A stretch of DNA of 51,279 nucleotides, counting the filler, from Bipalium vagum (taxonomy: Eukaryota): the NCBI GenBank assembly GCA_037834085.1. It is 3 parts of 3 records of this genome, joined end to end, with 100 filler letters (N's around TTAATTAATTAA, not from the genome) between each part and the next. Parts side by side here need not be neighbours in the genome. Positions count along the whole stretch, not along the records: positions 1 to 18,349 come from JBBMKC010032031.1; positions 18,450 to 35,019 come from JBBMKC010104808.1; 1 more part is not named here. One strand, given 5' to 3'. The position numbers and the translations under genes are program-made. Each line of letters begins with the position of its first letter. The stretch's first letter is position 1. This document shows positions 13,901 to 23,519 of the stretch, piece by piece. Under the pieces are notes generated by a model that worked only from the letters and a program-made list of their open reading frames with translations, was not told where the DNA came from and searched no databases.

Positions 13901-16900
13901 GTACTTTTGACATGTTGATTTTTTTAACAATTATAACGTAGGTTGAAGACTATTTATTCAATGAAATAATTTATAATAAGAGCCACAACAACAAAACCAG
14001 CTGGGAGACAGTCTCTTTCATATTATGATTTCGTTTAAAATCTCAAGAAGGAGACTTTCAATTCCCCCTAGTATTAAGATCACTCAACCGGAAAAGCGCT
14101 CATTATTTATAAAATGTTGTCTATAGATTATAAACTGTTATAGGAAAATCTCTGTATGTCATTAATAAATAATTTTACTTTCAATTCATTCTAATTTTAA
14201 TGATTTGATGATCCTAAATGTTGACTTTCCATTTCCCTTTTCCATGTCTTTTTTTTTTAATTTCTTCTTAGTTAATTCTTTTATTATTTCATTATTCAAT
14301 TAGCAGTGATTTGCAATTTATGAAGAATAAATTACTTTCTACGAGTACTGCTAGAAAATTTCCATTAATCAATTAAATTTGTGGTTGAAATTTGGTCTGA
14401 CTGTTGCAATTAAAATTTTTTAATTATTCTGAAAATCTGTAAAATTTGGATCTTTATTGAGTCACAGCCTTGCGACTTATCTTGTATGAGAGATAGAAAA
14501 TCCTATTGATATTGATCCTAGACTTTGTGCTCCTATAACGTCTTTGCCGATCGTTGCATTTGAGCCGCCGGTCATTAAGGTTCTTAACGCGTTGTGTCTA
14601 TTGATGTGCAACATTAACAGACATGTGTAGCGGGTAACATCTCGTGATAGACAGAACATCGTCAGGAAATACGACAGTTAAGTAAAAATAGGTCCCATTT
14701 TTTAATTATAGAGTAAGTTATTAAAAATTGGATCACTTATTTGAATTACATCACTGCCAACAAACAAGTCAAGAGGCCTCCAACATTTGGATACATTTCT
14801 GTAATAATAATATTTATGTGAATACAGTATTTATTATTAGGTTGTAAAGAAATTATTGAAGATTTTTATTTGTTTATATCTTAAAGCAAATTCTTTTAAA
14901 AAGAAGTCTAGAAAAATTTTCAGGCATTTAAAAACGAGATGAACAATACATCTAAATTAGAGCAGTTTTTCTTTATGAATACAAAATCGTGTTAATTGCT
15001 GCACAAACCGCATTCGGAGAGAGTATCACTAGTGAACGTAGCGCTCAAAGCTTGTTTCACAGATTTAAAAATGGAGATGAAGATATTCAAGATAAAGATG
15101 GTCGTGGACGAAAATCTCCCTTTCTTAAATGAAGATTTAAGACACATTTATTTATTATTTAATAATCAATTAATAACCAGGGTTTAACCTCAAATTTCAA
15201 ATATTTAAATTCAATTATAAAAATTAATTAATTTAAACAAAATATTAAATATTTTAAAAAAATAACTTAAATTTAATAATCTAAATGTCATTTAACTAAA
15301 GTTAATAAATCAAATTAATATTTTAAAATAAAAATGTATCATTGTAAATAAAAATATTTTTATCTTAATTTTATCTAAATTTTCAGTGAAATACATAATA
15401 AAGGTTTCAAGATCAAATCTACCTCACGGTGAACTTGATCCAAATCTCTATCATCTATCATACTTTAAATTGATACTTCTCATATATTTCTTTACGGGAA
15501 ATATTGAAAATAACGTAAAATTAATAAATAAAAAAATAATAAAGTAATAAATTAAATATAAGAGACAATTGACCCAACTAAATATTAAAACAGACTGAGA
15601 AAAAAGAAAACTAACCCGCAATCTGCTCCGGTGTCATATCATCCAAAGATGTTTTGATAATCTGAAATAAAAACCAAACTGGTTACATACTACTGAATTG
15701 TAATGAGTCTTTTGCTACTGTTTTTAATCAAAACTTACATCAGTATTCATATGTTGTAAAAATCTGATATTCCACAATTAATAAAAGATAATTTTTTTGT
15801 TTAAAATAATTATCAATAATTTACGTTAATATGAAGATGGTTTTATAGAAGACCGTTTATTGTCATATGATGGTTGACATTAAATACTTTCATGATTGCT
15901 TTATTTGATAAATAACACTTGAGAAAATTGTAAGTTTAATTATGTTTCTTTTGGATTATTGACGGATTCCGATTTATAACAATAACTTACCTGATTCAAT
16001 AAAAATCTATTGTTTTTTCTTCCGTTTTTTGACTAAAATATTGAAAATTTCAATTATTTCGAAAAAAAATTTTGCTTCTATTTTAATTAACTTATTTATT
16101 TTTGTTTATCAGGCTGATTTGTATTTCTTTTTCTTTTATGTCAATAATTTTTATCGAAAATTAAAACATTTTTCAATTTTGATATTTATTAATTTATTTT
16201 GATATGAATGACCAAAATAAAAATTACATACGTACACCTGGAAAATTACAGTACCTGGCCATTGAAATAGACTCACACAAAATATATTTTTTCTGACGTA
16301 AGAAATTAAACCGATTTAATGAAAACCATTTTGTAGAAATTAATTTTTATTTACTTTTGACCAGTGTGTCTCCGTGTTGTTTGTATTTCACTCTCCAAAC
16401 TAGTCTCTTCTTTATCATGGCCGGTGTTAACTTATACTTTATGGTTATACCACTGTTTTTAAAATAATACTTGAGTCTATTTCAATGGCCAGGTACTGTA
16501 ATTATGAATTTATTAAGATATTTTATTAATTAATTATATAATTATCAATAATATATTTTGATATTAATATTGATTTTATTTTTAATATCAAATTTAGTTA
16601 TTTTTCACTTGAATTTAATGTTAAATTAAATTTTATTTATTTGAAATTTGATAAAAAATAAAATAAAAGATTTTTCATAAAAATTATAAATTTTAAAATG
16701 TATCATTTTGAAAATAGAAAATCTCAGAAATTGAAATTCACTGACTCGTGTATAACAAGAATACTAAAGTTGTTTTAATTATATATAAACAGACACAATA
16801 AACTATCGATACTGATGTAACTGAAGAAAGTGTGAAAAATTACAGCAGCAAGCGAAAGTTTATATGGCTTATGTATCAATTTTGTGAATATACATCTGTC

Positions 16901-16921
16901 TTCACAGATCAGAATTACCAT
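1065..16921 (-). CDS. Calmodulin-like EF-hand protein, spliced model join(16919-16921?,15991-16032?,15616-15661,12103-12246,7910-8020,4836-4967,1065-1105), about 172 aa
   Basis: Spliced translation [172 protein letters not shown] is collinear with calmodulin ([15 protein letters not shown] identical). All introns are GT-AG with matching phases. The first two exons are tentative. Confidence 0.9.
1905..1965. repeat. (ATT)n microsatellite
   Basis: About 20 near-perfect units. Confidence 0.95.
3400..4030 (+). mobile_element. Tc1-like (DD34E) transposase relic
   Basis: [15 protein letters not shown] and [12 protein letters not shown] resemble QDNAPCH and SPDLNPIENLW; many stops and frameshifts; boundaries approximate. 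Confidence 0.7.
4836..4967 (-). CDS. Calmodulin-like gene exon (end of EF3 and EF4 loop)
   Basis: ctgtag|GA AAT GGC ... TTT TCA G|gtgaaa; encodes [43 protein letters not shown]; 132 nt. Confidence 0.93.
7910..8020 (-). CDS. Calmodulin-like gene exon (end of EF2, linker, start of EF3)
   Basis: ttctaag|GT AAT GGA ... AGG AAA G|gtaata; encodes [36 protein letters not shown]; 111 nt. Confidence 0.93.
9190..9767 (-). mobile_element. Mariner relic, mellifera-subfamily-like, N-terminal two thirds
   Basis: [10 protein letters not shown]..., [35 protein letters not shown] resemble Famar1-type TTSKAGIHQKKVLLSVWWDYKGIVYFE. Confidence 0.8.
10089..10400 (-). mobile_element. Mariner 3' end relic with TIR
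   Basis: [14 protein letters not shown]...LYFED* next to TIR-like tagggtggtgcaaaatttcgtgc; resembles the end of the element at 20830-21519. Confidence 0.7.
11130..11800 (-). mobile_element. Mariner relic, irritans-subfamily-like 5' half
   Basis: [55 protein letters not shown] resembles the Himar1-type HTH; TIR-like cgttcaaaaggtttctcgac near 11790. Confidence 0.75.
12103..12246 (-). CDS. Calmodulin-like gene exon (EF1 and start of EF2)
   Basis: ttttaag|AA ATA CAA ... ATT GAT G|gtaatc; 144 nt with phase 1/1, the same as vertebrate calmodulin exon 3. Confidence 0.95.
12602..13685 (+). mobile_element. Internally deleted mariner with both degenerate TIRs
   Basis: [11 protein letters not shown]...[45 protein letters not shown]; left end acaaataagttttaaagcgttttt versus right end aaaaatcgctctcactcttatttgt. 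Confidence 0.85.
14837..15145 (+). mobile_element. Mariner 5' relic, cecropia-subfamily-like
   Basis: [10 protein letters not shown]...[34 protein letters not shown] resembles the Hsmar1-type N-terminus; ttaggttgta TIR-like start. Confidence 0.75.
15616..15661 (-). CDS. Calmodulin-like gene exon ([16 protein letters not shown])
   Basis: tttcag|ATT ... GCG G|gttag; matches calmodulin ADQLTEEQIA-E including the conserved phase-1 intron. Confidence 0.88.
15991..16032 (-). CDS. Probable extra 42-nt exon of the calmodulin-like gene ([14 protein letters not shown]); could be 5'UTR
   Basis: tattttag|TCA ... AAT CAG|gtaagt; consensus donor, phase 0/0, no stop in frame with the next exon. Confidence 0.6.
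16249..16498. mobile_element. 250-bp Tc1-type MITE with perfect 27-bp TIRs and TA target duplication
   Basis: TA-cagtacctggccattgaaatagactca ... tgagtctatttcaatggccaggtactg-TA. Confidence 0.95.
16919..16921 (-). CDS. Candidate initiator ATG at the end of a 5'UTR exon
   Basis: ATG|gtaatt mirrors the ATG-then-intron layout of calmodulin genes, with in-frame stops just upstream (TAA CCG ATG). Start context is weak. Confidence 0.4.
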
Positions 16922-17511
16922 CGGTTATGTCACAGGTTGAAATTAAGAAAAATGTTCTGTTTTGAACTCGACCAGATAACAAGTCTTCCAGAAATTTTAT
17001 CACATGAAATAACCAAATCAAGGCTAATGACAAAACTCGTTTTTTTATTATTACTTTACGTTTTTCCAAGCTAAAGTACTTTTGAATTCAATTCTTGACT
17101 GAGTGTACTTACTCCTTAATTAATCCCAATAGTAATAGATAGGAAAACCAGATCATTTTTCTTCGCTTGCATACGATCCCTCAAACGAACAAAAAAAATC
17201 AGGACATTTTAGTTTTTCGTTCACTCAAACAAGAAAAAAAAGTTTCCTTTCCTCATATTCTGGTTTTCCTTTTTACTCCATTTATTATATTTTTTCTAAT
17301 AATTTTTCAAAAAATATAAATTGGAAAAATATAAAAAAATTAAATATTTTATAAAATAAAAGTCAAATTTTCTTTTTAAAAATGAATCAACCAGAAACAT
17401 ACGAATAAACTTAAACTAATTATTATTAGAAGAACTCTTCAAAATAAATGAAAATTTTCCACAAAATAAATATTATGAAATATTTATAAATGTTTCAAAT
17501 TATAAATTTCG

Positions 17512-17565
17512 ACAAAAAGATTTATTTCAATACAAAAAAGATTTATTTCAATACAAAAAAGATTT
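17512..17565. repeat. 21-bp tandem repeat, about 2.5 copies
   Basis: Unit acaaaaaagatttatttcaat. Confidence 0.85.
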
Positions 17566-17749
17566 GCATCATTTAATAAATTTTATAACAAAAATCGATA
17601 TAAAATATATTTTATCAGTTATGAAATAAGTGAAATTTTTAATTTTATGAAAAGAAATTACTAACATTTTGAAATAAATAAATTTTTATTTTGCTTTTAA
17701 TTATCTTTTTATTTTCTAAAAAATGAATGAAAATTGATACTGTGAATTT

Positions 17750-18274
17750 TGTAAAATAAACGCATTTCAAAATATAATAAAATTAAACATGAAATTTTTC
17801 TATCTACTAACAGTTTGCAGTGTTTACTTAGTGACTTGTTCACAATAAAGTTCGGCATTGATTGTTTGGTTTCTTGGCAAAATTTCGTAATGAATAACAC
17901 CAATTTAGTCCCACCAAAAAGCAAAAGATTTTGCGTTGATAAACCTCGAGTTTCACACGTAGTTGTGGTCGCTTTTGAGGACTTACCCAAGCTCTTTTGT
18001 GTCTCAAATTCACATACAGATACCATTTCTCATCACCTGTTACAATCATGGACAGGAAAGATTGATGTTGCTGCAAAGCAGATTGATAGCGAACGAGTAA
18101 AGGTGTGGAAATTGAAACACTTTGTTTTTTTTACTTTCTTTAAGAACGTGAGGTACCAATGTTCCAAGCTTGAGAATTTTTCCCATTTTCCTAAGATGTC
18201 GAGAAATAGTTATTGTGATCACAATCCATGGGTTTTCCAAGTGCTCGTGTCGATTGATGCAGATCATCATGAAT
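17750..18274 (-). mobile_element. Mariner relic (central region)
   Basis: TISRHLRKMGKILKLGTLVPHVL and FLSMIVTGDEKWYLYVNLRHKRAW (WVPHEL and TGDEKW motifs) in different frames. Confidence 0.85.
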
Positions 18275-18276
18275 TA

Positions 18277-18349
18277 TTAGGTTGTCTAATAAATTCGTGC
18301 CGTTTTTAAAATGCAAAATTTTTATTTATAACATATGTACATTACATAA
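18277..18349. mobile_element. Terminus of a second mariner running into the gap
   Basis: TA-ttaggttgtctaataaattcgtgccgttttt, a mariner-type TIR similar to that ending at 21519. Confidence 0.65.
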
Positions 18350-18449
18350 NNNNNNNNNNNNNNNNNNNNNNNNNNNNNNNNNNNNNNNNNNNNTTAATTA
18401 ATTAANNNNNNNNNNNNNNNNNNNNNNNNNNNNNNNNNNNNNNNNNNNN
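18350..18449. other. Assembly gap (44 N + TTAATTAATTAA linker + 44 N)
   Basis: Fixed 100-nt spacer with an all-frame-stop linker. Confidence 0.97.
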
Positions 18450-18552
18450 TTCCATGCGTAAATTTTATGTCTAAATAAATTTTTATAGAAAAAATCTGTC
18501 TTAGTTTATATATTTAAAAAATAAAAAAGTCAGTTACTTATGAAACACCCTG
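18450..18552. mobile_element. Tc1/mariner-superfamily terminus after the gap
   Basis: Ends gttacttatgaaacaccctg-TA (reverse complement TA-cagggtgtttcataag), a typical TIR start. Confidence 0.55.
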
Positions 18553-19301
18553 TATCATTCAAAATTTTATTTGTCACAAAGTTTTTATAAAAAAAATAAT
18601 GAAAGTCAAAATTTTAAAAACTGAATCTATCAATTTTTTATTCCATTTTTTAAAAGATTTTTATTACTTTTATGAAGAAATACGATAATGCCCTATGATA
18701 AATTAAGTTATGTATCGCAGACACGTTCAGGATATTTAAAGACCCCGCCTTAAAATTTATACTAAGCCATGATTATAGTGAAAAGATTATGAAAGAAATT
18801 TTTAGACAAGATATTAATATGAAAATTTGTTTCATTATTTATCTAAATTTAGGCTCCTATTAGCACAATTCTTCAATTTCAACTTATTTTAATGTCAATC
18901 AAGATTAAATTTCTATTGATTTCGTAAAATCTCAAAGTGTGAGAAATATTATTATATAAAAAATATTGATTAATATTTATTTTTACTATTTTTTTAAGAT
19001 TAATAATAATAAATAAATTTAATTAAAGTATTATTTTATTATGTAAAAAATTGATGAAGCAAATAAGATTATTAATAGATCTTATCAAATTTCGTGTTAC
19101 TGCATTATTATGAAGAATTTTGATAACATTTTCAAATTATTATTATTTTTATTTTTATTACTAAATAACAATATTTTTTAATTAAAAAAAATTCTCATTT
19201 GATTACATTTTAACTAACGGAAATTATTGTTATTTTTATGAATTAAAATTTTATGCAATGCTAATAAAGTAATACCTTTCGAAAAAAATGTTGAATGCAT
19301 T

Positions 19302-20280
19302 CAAAAGGTTGTTTCAAAAGTTTCGGTGAATCCAAAATTTTTAAAAAAAATTATTATATAAAAAATAACAACGAAATATAATGCATTATTTTAAAAATAA
19401 GAGCCGTTTTATGTACAAAATTTCATCATATTTCGGATAATTCCTTTATTTTTCACCGTACTACTCTTTAAACTTTGAAGCAAAGAACGTTCTGCAAAAT
19501 TTCTCTGCTTCAAAATTAACAAGCTCTCTAGAAGTGTTCCGACGATTTAAAAAATGCATAATATGAGAGTTTCAGATTTGGACTGTCTTGGAGGATAAGG
19601 CAAGGATTCAACTCCATTATGTTTAGTAAATCTATATTGCGTCAAACGTCCAAGGTAAAGCATTGAATCTGTCAAGCTGTTCATAGTGACGCTCAGCATT
19701 CACAAAATGACCATTTGATACAAACTCAAAATGAATTGCACATTCATAATTCCACTAAACACTGATCTTTTTCCCAAATTCATTCATTTGGACACTTGTT
19801 ACAGGATGTTAATCATGTAACATCCAATATTTGCTTTCTCTTGATTAATAAAATAGACCCATTTTTCCTCTGTTGTGATAATACAATACCAAAGAATACC
19901 TTATATAAGATTTTGCAAAAGATTTTTTTACAGATTTCTAAGTACGGTTCTATTCTTGGTCGCTTATAATTGTATCCAAGTTTTTTCAGATGTCGATTAA
20001 TGGTGCTTTTGATTTTTCAATCATGTAGATAAGCCGCGTGTGGAGGCATGTTCGTGGTCAATTATTGCTTCGTGTAGCACCCCTTCGTTTATCACAGAAA
20101 ATTGTCCTTAGCGGGGCTTATCCTCGATACCAATATCTCAGTTTTGAAAATTTTTGAACCAATCTGAAACTGTGTTTTAGGTAACAAACCTTCGCCTTCA
20201 ATAACACAAATAGTTATTGTGGTGACATCAAAACAAATCCCCCTTTTCAATCAAGCCTCGAATTGCAATTTTTCTGTTTA
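19302..20280 (-). mobile_element. Near full-length degenerate mariner
   Basis: TVSDWFK, DIGIEDKPR*G, EEKWVYFIN, PYPP; TIR-like aggttgtttcaaaagtttcggtgaa at about 19306. Confidence 0.75.
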
Positions 20281-20829
20281 TTTTACTATAATTATAAATT
20301 TAAATAAATGTAATAATGTTTATTTTAACAAAACTTAAAAATATAATTGGTTATCAAAATATCAATGATATCAAATTTTTAAGAATTGTTCCATGATTCT
20401 TTGTAATAATTTTCTGAGTACGATTGTTTGAAAAAAGACCCATTTTTCTCAAGTTTAAGTTTTCTTGACTCCATAATTATTTTACACTACTTAATTTTTG
20501 AAAAAAGATCTTGGCCTCATGAAGGATGACATAAATTATTTTTTTGTCTTTAATAAAAGATTGATCATTTTAATAATTAAAATTTCCAAAATCCAATCTT
20601 TGACTGAAGTAAAACTTATTTCGTGTATTAATGATTTCCAGGATAAAATTGTTTTAATAGCTCTTAACGTAAAGGATTTTTTAATATTAATATTAATATT
20701 TTTATCAACTTTTGTTAGATAATTAATATTTTGTCATTTTTTAATGACACATTTTCAGCAGTCTTTTTTTCTGTTTTGTATATCTTCTTGAGGTAATACT
20801 CTATAAGATAATTGGAAGGTCACTAACGA

Positions 20830-21519
20830 CCTTCCTTTATTTATTGCGACGAAAAATGGATATATTTTTATAATCCGAACAGGAGAATCAATGGTTGGAA
20901 CCAGACCAGAAGCCCAAGACTGTTCCAAAACAAGATAGGTTCGGAAAAAAGATAATGTTGTGCGTGATTTTACACTTCAGGGATTTTTACACTTCAGGGA
21001 TTTTACACTTCAAAGTACTTCTAGATGGCCAAACCATTACTGCTGAGTTATATTCTGCTCAACTCCATCGGATGTACCAACAATTAGCCATAAATTTTCT
21101 GCTTTAGTCAACAGAAAGCGGGTGCTTCTGCAACAGGATAATACTCGTCCGCATACTACGCGAGTAATGCAAAATAAAATTACATAATTAGAAAGAATTG
21201 AAATTTTATCACATTCTGTATTTAGTCCAGATCTAGCACCCAGCGATTACCACCTTTACCGATCAATGGCTCATTTCCTTAGAGGACCAGAGTTTGAAAA
21301 TATAAAACAGGTCGAAAATGGATGTCGTGAATTTTTCCTTTCCAAAAATAAAGCATGGTACCGGAGTGTTATTTAAAAACTTGCCCTTCGTTGGATTAAG
21401 ACAGTTGAACATAATGGTCTTTATTTTTCTGAATAAAATTTGTTTGATTGCTAGATTCTTATCTCTAAAACATGCATAATATTTTCATTAAAAACGCACG
21501 AACTTATGAATAAACCCAA
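20830..21519 (+). mobile_element. Mariner-like catalytic domain and 3' TIR, DD35D spacing
   Basis: DEKWI, PKQDRFGKKIMLCV, VLLQQDNTRPH...FSPDLAPSDYHLYRSMAHFL, RWIKTVEHNGLYFSE*; TIR aaaaacgcacgaacttatgaataaacccaa-TA. Confidence 0.9.
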
Positions 21520-22634
21520 TATCTACAAAATGAAAATCAGTTAGTTATTTGTACCACTTTTTACTATGATTTTTTATGAGTTTTAAAATTCCTTCTTCAT
21601 AGAAGGACTTGTCTTTATTGTCGGGAAATTTTTAATTAATAACTTTAATAATTAGAAACCTTTAACTAATATGTTGTTAATGCTGATTTTTTTCTCTTTC
21701 CTACGTTATTTATAATTTAAACAATGATAATTTTTTTAATATTCATATAAAATGTAGTTTTAATAACACAACTACCAAATATAATAATATTAACGTCTTT
21801 CTGAAAACTCTAATACAACAATAATAATCTAATAACAATACCTTTTCATTCACAGGAAGTTAAAAACAATTATATTTTTCATAAAGATGTTTCTAGATAT
21901 TATATTATCTTTCAGCTTTTTAATCACTTAAATACAACCATTGTGTCACACATTACTATTTGATAACAATATAATAATAATAATAATAAATTTAATAATA
22001 ATAATAAATTTAATAACACAATAATATTTGACATTTTTATGATTATTATTCTATTTCCATTTATTCTGACAATGTATCCATAAAAACTTATTTATTGATT
22101 TTTGTACTATTATTATTTACGATTCCCTTTGACGAAAAATTTTTTTTAATATTAATGGAATTTATTTACTTAATTAAAACGGTTAGATAAAGTTCTAAAA
22201 AATATTTTCTGCGCAAATTATATTTTATTAAATTACTTTCCAATTTTCCAATTTCTCATTTAATAATATACAAATAAACTGAGATTAAAATGAAAACCTT
22301 TATATTTTTCGTTAAAATTAATAAACTTTATAATAATATCCATAATATTGATTTTAGTGAATGTTAAAACCGTTAAAGTAATTTATAAATTTCATATAGA
22401 AAATCACTGTTTGACCTGTAATTATTAATAAGAGTCGTACATTAATAATCTCCATAAAAATTATACATTAGTTGATTATATTATTTTGACACGACAACGT
22501 AAATTAATCCAAAGTTGGAAGTGTGATCCACTCATTTTATTATTATTATGCACTTTAGCATAAATACTAATCCATTAATGTGTAGGAGCTTCTTGAAAGT
22601 AGGTTAGATAAAATGTTGCCAAAAAGCTTTAAAG

Positions 22635-22763
22635 ATGGCGCGAGTAATAAATCGAAAAACAGTCACAAAGAAACGAATTCCTGAATCATACAGCTTTCTT
22701 TGTGACCATCGTTTTCCAAAAGGTACTTCGCTCTACCTCAATTCACACACGAAACACGGGCCT
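22635..22763 (+). CDS. spen: Candidate first coding exon of spen (MARVINRKTV...LYLNSHTKHGP)
   Basis: AAGATGGCG start context; YLNSHTKHGP loosely resembles YLTRHFCRYGP of the SPEN RRM and would join VVQD in phase 0. The donor (CCT|gttaac) is weak. Confidence 0.3.
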
Positions 22764-23082
22764 GTTAACACAATAACACATTTCCAATACGATTGAAACT
22801 ATCGATTTCTGGACATTGAAACCATAGACCGATATCAAAGTTCAATGACAACAATTGATTAAATCACCGTGTCCAATAATTTCATGATAAATATTTACAA
22901 AATCATATCATAAAAAACGATCAAAATCCAACTTTGCACTGAAATCAAGAAACGATATCAAAAGTACTTAAAATGAAAAAAATAATAAAAAATGTGATTA
23001 CTGCAATCACGTGATGAATTTAATTTAATTATTCATAAATTATTGGAACTTAATTTAATTACAATTTTTGTCAAACAATTAG

Positions 23083-23519
23083 GTCGTACAAGACATCAAG
23101 CAACAAAAGGCTTTGGTTTATCTAGACAATGCATTTGCCGCCCAACAATCCATCATTCATTTGAAGCGTAAAAACTCATTTTTAGGTACGTGTCGGGTAC
23201 AAGTCGACTATGCCAGTCTAGAATGCCAAGCGACCATTTCTTACTGGCTGTCGAACAATTTCCCAACGTTACCCGTGCCACCAGATGTCGTTCTACTGAA
23301 ACAATCGCAATCAGATAACGTATTTAATAACAGCACCATTTATAACAAATCTGTTTCTCGAATAGCTTGCACCCAAGACAAATTGTCCAACACCAACAAG
23401 TCAGCAATGAACGAACAGAATTCCCTATCGAATTCTAACAGTTCCCAAAAACCATTCGATTTGCAAGCTTCATTAAATCTCGAATCAGTCAATCATTCAC
23501 AGCCGACAATTTCCGTCAA
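23083..23519 (+). CDS. spen: spen exon: C-terminal part of an RRM
   Basis: aattag|GTC GTA CAA; VVQDIKQQKALVYLDNAFAAQQSIIHLKRKNSFLGTCRVQVDYASLECQ aligns with SHARP VVFDRLKGMALVLYNEIEYAQAAVKETKGRKIGGNKIKVDFANRESQ (from memory); donor AA|gtaata. Confidence 0.85.

Noticed and set aside
17512-17565. CRISPR-like repeat
   Set aside because: Head-to-tail tandem repeat without spacers in eukaryotic DNA.
17815-18309. 164-aa plus-strand ORF
   Set aside because: Antisense to a mariner transposase relic.
18394-18405. TTAATTAATTAA palindrome inside N runs (also 35064-35075)
   Set aside because: Artificial scaffold linker, not biological.
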